This document shows, piece after piece, positions 57,136 to 64,000 of a stretch of 64,000 nt of DNA. The notes beneath the pieces were generated by a model. The model did no database searches. It was not told where the DNA came from and saw nothing but the letters and a program-made list of their open reading frames with translations. This DNA comes from Escherichia coli (GTDB taxonomy: Bacteria; Pseudomonadota; Gammaproteobacteria; Enterobacterales; Enterobacteriaceae): assembly GCF_046105845.1 (NCBI RefSeq), contig NZ_CP151004.1; one strand, 5' to 3'. The position numbers and the translations under genes were made by a program. How positions within the stretch are numbered: position 1 is the first letter of the stretch; the number at the start of each line of letters is the position of its first letter.

Positions 57136-58554
57136 TTATTTCCCCTTCCTCGCCGCCTCATACGCTGCCAACGTTCGTACTCTCGCTTCTTTGTGATCGA
57201 CAATCGGTTGCGGATAATCCAGCGTCACACCTGATTTATCTGCCCACTTCCACGGCTCATGCACCGCTTTCCCTGGTACATCGCGCAACTCTGGTAGCCA
57301 CCGGCGGATAAACTCGCCTTCGCGGTCAAATTTCTCGCCCTGGGTTGTCGGGTTAAAAATACGAAAATACGGCGCTGCATCGGTTCCGGTTGAAGCGGCC
57401 CACTGCCAGCCACCGTTATTGGCTGCCAAATCACCATCAATCAGCTGCGACACGAAATATCGCTCGCCTTCGCGCCAGTCGATCAATAAATCTTTCACCA
57501 AAAAACTGGCTGTAATCATCCGTAGCCGGTTATGCATCCAGCCAGTGCTGTTAAGCTGACGCATGGCAGCATCAACAATCGGGTATCCCGTTTTACCTTC
57601 TTGCCAGGCTTTAAAATGGGCGGGATTGCGCTGCCACTGCACACGATCCGTCCAGACAATAAACGGACGATGTTTACACAGCGAAGGATAATACGTCATC
57701 AAATGGCGGTAGAACTCGCGCCAGATCAACTCATTAAGCCAGACACTACCGGCCCCATCTTCCAGCGCCTGCGGCTGTTCCGCCAACAGGCGATGTAGAC
57801 ACTGGCGAGGCGATAACCCGCCCGTTGCCAGGCTGGCGGACAAACGGCTGGTACCTTCAACTGCCGGAAAATCTCGTTGTTGCTCATACTCTCCGGCACC
57901 GTTCTGGCAAAACTGGCGTAATTGCGCAATCGCCGCTTTTTCTTCCACCGGGAAATGCGCAGTATCGAAAGGCTGACGAGGATAACTCAGCGTAATGGAT
58001 GGCGCGGGAGCTATCGATCCGCTACTACGTACTTTTGGCGCAGCGACGCACTCCGGCATCCCTTCCCGCAACCGTTTCAGCCAGGCGTTTTTAAATGGCG
58101 TAAAGACTTTGTACATCTCATGATTGCCAGTCATCACCGTCCCCGGCGGCAGGATCACGCTGTCGTCAAATCCTTCACACACCACGTTACGCAGCGTTCT
58201 CTCAACCTGCACATCCCGCGCCCGCTCATTCACCTCATACTGATAGTTATAAAAAAGATGAGTAACGCTGTTTTCCGCGCACACCTGTTTAACTATTTCG
58301 ACGCTGGCGGCAAAGTCATCCACTTCACGGAACAATAAAGGAATGCCTTTTTCCGCCAGCGCGATTTGTAGCCCATTCAGTTGAGCATTGATAAGTTCAG
58401 CCTGACGCGGCGACACATTATGCGCCGCCCACTGGCGTGGGGTAGCGATATACAACGCCAGCACGCGCGCAGACGAATTGCGGCAGGCGGCAGCCAGCGC
58501 GAGATTATCGTGCTGACGTAAATCCTGGCGAAACCAGACCAGATGGGTAGTCAT
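57136..58554 (-). CDS. phr: deoxyribodipyrimidine photolyase
   Basis: 472 aa; matches E. coli Phr. Confidence 0.97.
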   Translation of the reverse strand: MTTHLVWFRQDLRQHDNLALAAACRNSSARVLALYIATPRQWAAHNVSPRQAELINAQLNGLQIALAEKGIPLLFREVDDFAASVEIVKQVCAENSVTHLFYNYQYEVNERARDVQVERTLRNVVCEGFDDSVILPPGTVMTGNHEMYKVFTPFKNAWLKRLREGMPECVAAPKVRSSGSIAPAPSITLSYPRQPFDTAHFPVEEKAAIAQLRQFCQNGAGEYEQQRDFPAVEGTSRLSASLATGGLSPRQCLHRLLAEQPQALEDGAGSVWLNELIWREFYRHLMTYYPSLCKHRPFIVWTDRVQWQRNPAHFKAWQEGKTGYPIVDAAMRQLNSTGWMHNRLRMITASFLVKDLLIDWREGERYFVSQLIDGDLAANNGGWQWAASTGTDAAPYFRIFNPTTQGEKFDREGEFIRRWLPELRDVPGKAVHEPWKWADKSGVTLDYPQPIVDHKEARVRTLAAYEAARKGK

Positions 58555-59060
58555 AAAACTCCTGCATGGCGCAAGTTAATCACACGCGGCCAAAGTTCGA
58601 AATAACGCTGCCCTGAAAGCCAGGCGTCAGGATAAAGCGCCATATAGTGTTTGATACGCATCAGCGGCGCAAGAAGCGGTTGCTCGCCACGGCGATAACT
58701 GTCGATAAGCGCCGCCAGCTGCTGGCGTTCTGTGGAATCAATATGCGGGCGAAAATACCCCTGAACGTGCATCAAAACGTTGGTGTGATCGCGCGGGTTG
58801 GCGGGATGAGAAAGCAAAACAATTACGCGTTGGCGGTACTGGCTGTAAAAATCATCCAGATTTTGCCACTGATGAATATCAGCCACAAACGGGCCAAGTT
58901 TGCGGTATTCCGGCTGAGAATGAGCCAGAAAGACGAGTTTATAGCGGCTGTGATAATCGAGAAGCGCCCCGCGCGTTAAGCCTCGCTCTTTAAGACGGTA
59001 TAACTCCTGCAAAGCAAAAATGCGAATAAGGGTGCTGTCATCAAATCGTTGTAGATTCAT
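58551..59060 (-). CDS. ybgA: DUF1722-family protein YbgA
   Basis: 169 aa from MNLQRFDDSTLIRIFALQELYRL with AGGAG RBS; 4-bp overlap with phr; ORF-track start 23 codons upstream rejected. Confidence 0.9.
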   Translation of the reverse strand: MNLQRFDDSTLIRIFALQELYRLKERGLTRGALLDYHSRYKLVFLAHSQPEYRKLGPFVADIHQWQNLDDFYSQYRQRVIVLLSHPANPRDHTNVLMHVQGYFRPHIDSTERQQLAALIDSYRRGEQPLLAPLMRIKHYMALYPDAWLSGQRYFELWPRVINLRHAGVL

Positions 59061-59680
59061 TACTGCTCCTGAACGGTTTACAGGAGTAAGTGTAGACGGC
59101 GAAAAGAAAAAAACCGCCAGCGTTTCCACTAGCGGTTTTCAATGTATTCAAAACTCAGCAATCAGTAAAAATCACCAGTTGCCTTTTCGGCCTGATCCAT
59201 CCACACCGGTTTATCGCTGGTTTTCGACCAGACGCGGTGCAGGTAGCTGTAAAAGCGGGCGCGGTCTTTCCAGAAAAGCATGAAAGGCAGCGCCAGAACG
59301 CCCGCTGCAACCGCATAAGTACGGCGTAAAAAGATAAGCCATGCAGGATATTCTCTGTAGAGTTCCATACTTTTCTCCCCCTTTTGTATCTACCCGGTGA
59401 ATGGCACCGGAAAAATGAATTTGTTTATCTGATGAAAATAGTACCGCCTTTTGTGTAATTTTACTACTCATCCGACCACTTATTTTTGCTTATTGATGGT
59501 TTATTTACATTCACCGTGTAATTAAGTTACATGAAAGTTAAATTAATACTAATCATTAGTTAAATCATGGCTTTTGCCATTTTTATACTTTTTTTACACC
59601 CCGCCCGCAGATTTTTGCGAAATCTTTGCAGCCAGAATTCTACCCTTCCGGTATCACTTTTAGGCCACTGGAGGTGCACT

Positions 59681-59770
59681 GTGAGTGCAGGCGTGATAGC
59701 CGGCGTGTTGCTGGTGTTTTTATTACTGGGTTATCTGGTTTATGCCCTGATCAATGCGGAGGCGTTCTGA
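59681..59770 (+). CDS. kdpF: Kdp ATPase small hydrophobic subunit KdpF (29 aa)
   Basis: GTG start 6 nt after GGAGG; [29 protein letters not shown]; stop overlaps the kdpA ATG. Confidence 0.85.
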   Translation: MSAGVIAGVLLVFLLLGYLVYALINAEAF

Positions 59771-61443
59771 TGACTGCGCAAGGGTTCTTACTGATCGCCA
59801 CGTTTTTACTGGTGTTAATGGTGCTGGCACGTCCTTTAGGCAGCGGGCTGGCGCGGCTGATTAATGACATACCTCTTCCCGGTACAGCGGGTGTTGAACG
59901 CGTACTCTTTCGTTTACCTGGCGTCTCTGACAGTGAGATGAACTGGAAGCAGTATCTCTGTGCCATTCTCGGCCTGAACATGCTGGGGCTGGCGGTGCTG
60001 TTTTTTATGTTGCTCGGTCAGCACTATCTGCCGCTTAATCCACAGCAGTTGCCAGGGCTGTCATGGGATCTGGCGCTGAATACCGCCGTCAGCTTTGTCA
60101 CTAATACCAACTGGCAATCTTACAGCGGTGAAACCACGTTGAGCTATTTCAGCCAGATGGCTGGCTTAACGGTGCAAAACTTTCTTTCTGCCGCCAGCGG
60201 GATTGCGGTGATTTTTGCCCTCATCCGTGCATTTACCCGCCAGGGCATGAGCACACTCGGGAATGCCTGGGTCGATCTGCTACGCATCACGTTATGGGTG
60301 CTAGTCCCTGTGGCGTTGTTGATCGCACTGTTTTTTATTCAACAAGGTGCATTGCAAAACTTTCTGCCCTATCAGGCGGTGAATACCGTTGAAGGAGCGC
60401 AACAGCTGTTACCCATGGGGCCAGTAGCTTCTCAGGAAGCGATCAAAATGCTCGGTACTAACGGCGGTGGCTTCTTTAATGCCAACTCCTCGCATCCGTT
60501 TGAAAACCCAACCGCACTGACCAACTTCGTGCAAATGCTGGCGATCTTCTTGATCCCAACGGCACTGTGCTTTGCCTTTGGCGAAGTGGCGGGCGATCGC
60601 CGTCAGGGGCGCATGTTGCTGTGGGCGATGTCGGTGATTTTTGTCATCTGCGTAGGCGTGGTGATGTGGGCAGAAGTTCAGGGTAATCCTCATCTGCTGG
60701 CACTGGGCGCGGACAGCAGCATCAATATGGAAGGTAAAGAGAGCCGTTTCGGCGTGCTGGTCAGTAGCCTGTTTGCGGTCGTGACTACGGCGGCTTCCTG
60801 CGGCGCGGTGATTGCGATGCATGATTCGTTTACCGCCCCCGGTGGCATGGTGCCGATGTGGCTGATGCAAATTGGTGAAGTGGTATTCGGCGGTGTCGGT
60901 TCTGGTCTTTACGGCATGATGCTGTTTGTCCTGCTGGCGGTGTTTATTGCCGGGCTGATGATTGGTCGTACACCGGAATATCTGGGTAAAAAAATCGACG
61001 TACGCGAGATGAAACTGACCGCACTGGCGATTCTGGTCACCCCGACGCTGGTGCTGATGGGCGCGGCGCTGGCAATGATGACCGACGCCGGACGTAGCGC
61101 CATGCTCAACCCTGGCCCGCATGGTTTTAGCGAAGTGCTGTACGCCGTGTCATCCGCCGCTAACAACAACGGAAGCGCCTTTGCCGGATTAAGCGCCAAC
61201 TCTCCATTCTGGAACTGTTTACTGGCGTTCTGCATGTTTGTCGGTCGCTTCGGGGTGATTATCCCGGTGATGGCAATTGCCGGTTCGCTGGTGAGTAAAA
61301 AGAGCCAACCCGCCAGCTCCGGCACGCTGCCAACGCACGGCCCGCTGTTTGTTGGCCTGTTAATCGGCACCGTATTGCTGGTTGGCGCACTGACCTTTAT
61401 CCCTGCCCTGGCGCTTGGTCCGGTGGCGGAATATCTCTCCTGA
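59770..61443 (+). CDS. kdpA: potassium-transporting ATPase subunit A
   Basis: 557 aa from [24 protein letters not shown]; ORF-track upstream start rejected. Confidence 0.96.
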   Translation: MTAQGFLLIATFLLVLMVLARPLGSGLARLINDIPLPGTAGVERVLFRLPGVSDSEMNWKQYLCAILGLNMLGLAVLFFMLLGQHYLPLNPQQLPGLSWDLALNTAVSFVTNTNWQSYSGETTLSYFSQMAGLTVQNFLSAASGIAVIFALIRAFTRQGMSTLGNAWVDLLRITLWVLVPVALLIALFFIQQGALQNFLPYQAVNTVEGAQQLLPMGPVASQEAIKMLGTNGGGFFNANSSHPFENPTALTNFVQMLAIFLIPTALCFAFGEVAGDRRQGRMLLWAMSVIFVICVGVVMWAEVQGNPHLLALGADSSINMEGKESRFGVLVSSLFAVVTTAASCGAVIAMHDSFTAPGGMVPMWLMQIGEVVFGGVGSGLYGMMLFVLLAVFIAGLMIGRTPEYLGKKIDVREMKLTALAILVTPTLVLMGAALAMMTDAGRSAMLNPGPHGFSEVLYAVSSAANNNGSAFAGLSANSPFWNCLLAFCMFVGRFGVIIPVMAIAGSLVSKKSQPASSGTLPTHGPLFVGLLIGTVLLVGALTFIPALALGPVAEYLS

Positions 61444-61465
61444 TGATATTGAGTGAGCACTGAAT

Positions 61466-63514
61466 ATGAGTCGTAAACAACTGGCGCTATTCGAACCAAC
61501 ACTTGTCGTTCAGGCGCTGAAAGAAGCGGTGAAAAAATTAAACCCGCAGGCGCAATGGCGCAATCCGGTGATGTTTATCGTCTGGATCGGCAGTCTGCTG
61601 ACCACCTTTATTAGCATCGCAATGGCAAGCGGTGCGATGCCTGGCAATGTGCTGTTTAGCGCGGCAATTAGCGGCTGGCTGTGGGTCACCGTACTGTTCG
61701 CTAATTTCGCCGAGGCGCTGGCAGAAGGCCGCAGTAAAGCGCAGGCCAACAGTCTGAAAGGGGTGAAAAAAACTGCCTTTGCCCGCAAGCTTCGTGAGCC
61801 GAAATATGGCGCTGCGGCGGACAAAGTTCCTGCCGATCAACTGCGTAAAGGCGATATCGTACTGGTAGAAGCTGGCGATATTATCCCCTGCGATGGTGAA
61901 GTCATTGAAGGCGGCGCATCGGTCGATGAAAGCGCCATCACCGGGGAATCGGCTCCGGTGATCCGTGAATCCGGCGGCGATTTTGCCTCCGTCACCGGCG
62001 GCACGCGTATTCTTTCTGACTGGCTGGTAATTGAGTGCAGCGTTAACCCCGGCGAGACATTTCTGGATAGGATGATCGCGATGGTGGAAGGCGCACAGCG
62101 ACGCAAAACGCCGAACGAGATTGCCCTGACCATTCTCCTGATTGCCCTGACTATCGTCTTTTTACTGGCAACCGCCACGCTGTGGCCGTTTTCCGCGTGG
62201 GGCGGTAATGCAGTCAGCGTAACGGTACTGGTGGCGCTGCTGGTCTGTCTGATCCCAACGACCATTGGCGGTCTGTTGTCAGCGATCGGCGTCGCCGGGA
62301 TGAGTCGGATGCTGGGCGCGAATGTGATTGCCACCAGCGGACGTGCAGTTGAAGCGGCGGGTGACGTTGACGTCCTGCTGCTGGATAAAACCGGCACCAT
62401 CACACTCGGTAACCGTCAGGCGTCGGAGTTTATCCCCGCGCAGGGCGTGGATGAAAAAACGCTGGCTGACGCCGCACAACTGGCTTCGCTGGCTGATGAA
62501 ACGCCGGAAGGCCGCAGTATTGTGATCCTCGCCAAGCAACGTTTTAACCTGCGCGAGCGCGATGTGCAGTCGCTCCATGCCACCTTTGTACCGTTTACTG
62601 CGCAAAGCCGGATGAGCGGGATCAACATCGACAACCGCATGATCCGTAAAGGTTCTGTCGATGCCATTCGCCGCCATGTTGAGGCTAACGGTGGTCACTT
62701 CCCTGCCGATGTCGATCAAAAAGTCGATCAGGTTGCGCGTCAGGGGGCCACGCCGCTGGTGGTGGTGGAAGGTTCCCGTGTGCTGGGCGTTATTGCGCTG
62801 AAAGATATCGTCAAAGGCGGTATTAAAGAGCGCTTCGCCCAGCTGCGCAAAATGGGCATTAAAACGGTGATGATTACCGGCGATAACCGTCTGACTGCCG
62901 CCGCGATTGCTGCGGAAGCGGGCGTCGATGATTTCCTCGCCGAAGCGACACCGGAGGCCAAGCTGGCATTGATTCGTCAGTATCAGGCAGAAGGCCGTTT
63001 AGTGGCGATGACCGGCGACGGCACCAACGATGCTCCGGCGCTGGCGCAGGCAGATGTCGCGGTGGCGATGAACTCCGGTACTCAGGCGGCGAAAGAAGCG
63101 GGCAATATGGTGGATCTCGACTCTAACCCGACCAAGTTGATCGAGGTGGTGCATATTGGCAAACAGATGCTGATGACCCGTGGCTCGCTCACTACCTTCA
63201 GCATTGCCAACGATGTAGCGAAATACTTCGCCATTATTCCGGCGGCGTTCGCGGCAACATATCCGCAGTTAAATGCGCTGAACATCATGCGCCTGCATTC
63301 GCCCGACTCCGCAATCCTCAGTGCGGTCATTTTCAACGCCTTGATTATCGTCTTTTTGATTCCCCTAGCGTTAAAAGGCGTGAGTTATAAACCGCTTACC
63401 GCTTCTGCCATGTTGCGCCGTAACTTATGGATTTACGGTCTGGGTGGGCTGCTGGTGCCATTTATTGGTATCAAAGTCATTGATTTACTGCTGACCGTTT
63501 GCGGTCTGGTGTGA
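61466..63514 (+). CDS. kdpB: potassium-transporting P-type ATPase subunit B
   Basis: 682 aa; DKTGT phosphorylation motif and TGDN/GDGxND motifs; matches E. coli KdpB. Confidence 0.97.
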   Translation: MSRKQLALFEPTLVVQALKEAVKKLNPQAQWRNPVMFIVWIGSLLTTFISIAMASGAMPGNVLFSAAISGWLWVTVLFANFAEALAEGRSKAQANSLKGVKKTAFARKLREPKYGAAADKVPADQLRKGDIVLVEAGDIIPCDGEVIEGGASVDESAITGESAPVIRESGGDFASVTGGTRILSDWLVIECSVNPGETFLDRMIAMVEGAQRRKTPNEIALTILLIALTIVFLLATATLWPFSAWGGNAVSVTVLVALLVCLIPTTIGGLLSAIGVAGMSRMLGANVIATSGRAVEAAGDVDVLLLDKTGTITLGNRQASEFIPAQGVDEKTLADAAQLASLADETPEGRSIVILAKQRFNLRERDVQSLHATFVPFTAQSRMSGINIDNRMIRKGSVDAIRRHVEANGGHFPADVDQKVDQVARQGATPLVVVEGSRVLGVIALKDIVKGGIKERFAQLRKMGIKTVMITGDNRLTAAAIAAEAGVDDFLAEATPEAKLALIRQYQAEGRLVAMTGDGTNDAPALAQADVAVAMNSGTQAAKEAGNMVDLDSNPTKLIEVVHIGKQMLMTRGSLTTFSIANDVAKYFAIIPAAFAATYPQLNALNIMRLHSPDSAILSAVIFNALIIVFLIPLALKGVSYKPLTASAMLRRNLWIYGLGGLLVPFIGIKVIDLLLTVCGLV

Positions 63515-63522
63515 GGTTTACC

Positions 63523-64000
63523 ATGCGTGGATTACGTCCGGCATTATCGACATTTATCTTTCTGTTATTGATTACTGGCGGCGTTTACCCGCTGCTAACC
63601 ACCGCGCTGGGGCAATGGTGGTTTCCCTGGCAGGCCAACGGTTCGTTGATTCGTGAAGGTGATACGGTGCGCGGTTCGGCATTAATCGGGCAGAATTTTA
63701 CCGGCAACGGCTATTTTCATGGTCGCCCGTCGGCAACGGCAGAAATGCCCTATAATCCACAGGCTTCTGGCGGGAGCAATCTGGCGGTCAGTAATCCTGA
63801 GCTGGATAAACTAATAGCCGCACGCGTTGCTGCATTACGGGCCGCTAACCCGGATGCCAGCGCGAGCGTTCCGGTTGAACTGGTGACGGCATCGGCAAGC
63901 GGGCTGGACAATAACATCACCCCGCAAGCGGCAGCCTGGCAGATCCCACGCGTGGCGAAAGCGCGTAATCTCAGCGTTGAACAGCTCACGCAACTGATCG
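63523..64000 (+). CDS. kdpC: potassium-transporting ATPase subunit C, 5' portion (continues beyond the window)
   Basis: ATG at 63523 with GAGG RBS; [40 protein letters not shown]... matches E. coli KdpC; no stop before the window end. Confidence 0.92.
   Translation, partial: MRGLRPALSTFIFLLLITGGVYPLLTTALGQWWFPWQANGSLIREGDTVRGSALIGQNFTGNGYFHGRPSATAEMPYNPQASGGSNLAVSNPELDKLIAARVAALRAANPDASASVPVELVTASASGLDNNITPQAAAWQIPRVAKARNLSVEQLTQLI

Overview
This window is an Escherichia coli chromosomal segment covering the gal-to-kdp region, in reverse orientation relative to the K-12 map. Most of it is conserved core genome, recognised from near-identical protein sequences: galT(partial)-galK-galM, gpmA, aroG, ybgS, zitB, pnuC, nadA, the seven-gene lysT-valT-lysW-valZ-lysY-lysZ-lysQ tRNA operon, cpoB-pal-tolB-tolA-tolR-tolQ-ybgC, ybgE-cydX-cydB-cydA, sucDCBA-sdhBADC, gltA, the ybgDQPO chaperone-usher fimbrial operon, abrB, nei, pxpACB-ybgI, dtpD, phr-ybgA and kdpFAB with the start of kdpC. 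The exception is a roughly 14 kb insertion between cydA and sucD (about 18.9-33.0 kb), where K-12 carries mngR-mngAB. It holds a co-directional operon for coenzyme-B12-dependent glutamate mutase (S, L and E components), 3-methylaspartate ammonia-lyase, a translationally coupled pair of uncharacterised proteins, a glutamate/dicarboxylate symporter, a class I fumarase paralog (probable mesaconase), a cob(I)alamin adenosyltransferase and a convergent LysR regulator. Two AT-rich orphan genes of unknown function sit at its left edge. No integrase, transposase or flanking tRNA is visible. The most interesting unexplained elements are the two orphan genes (19644-21091) and the coupled unknown pair (26185-27869). 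All calls rest on reading the six-frame translations against remembered protein families; no database search was run.
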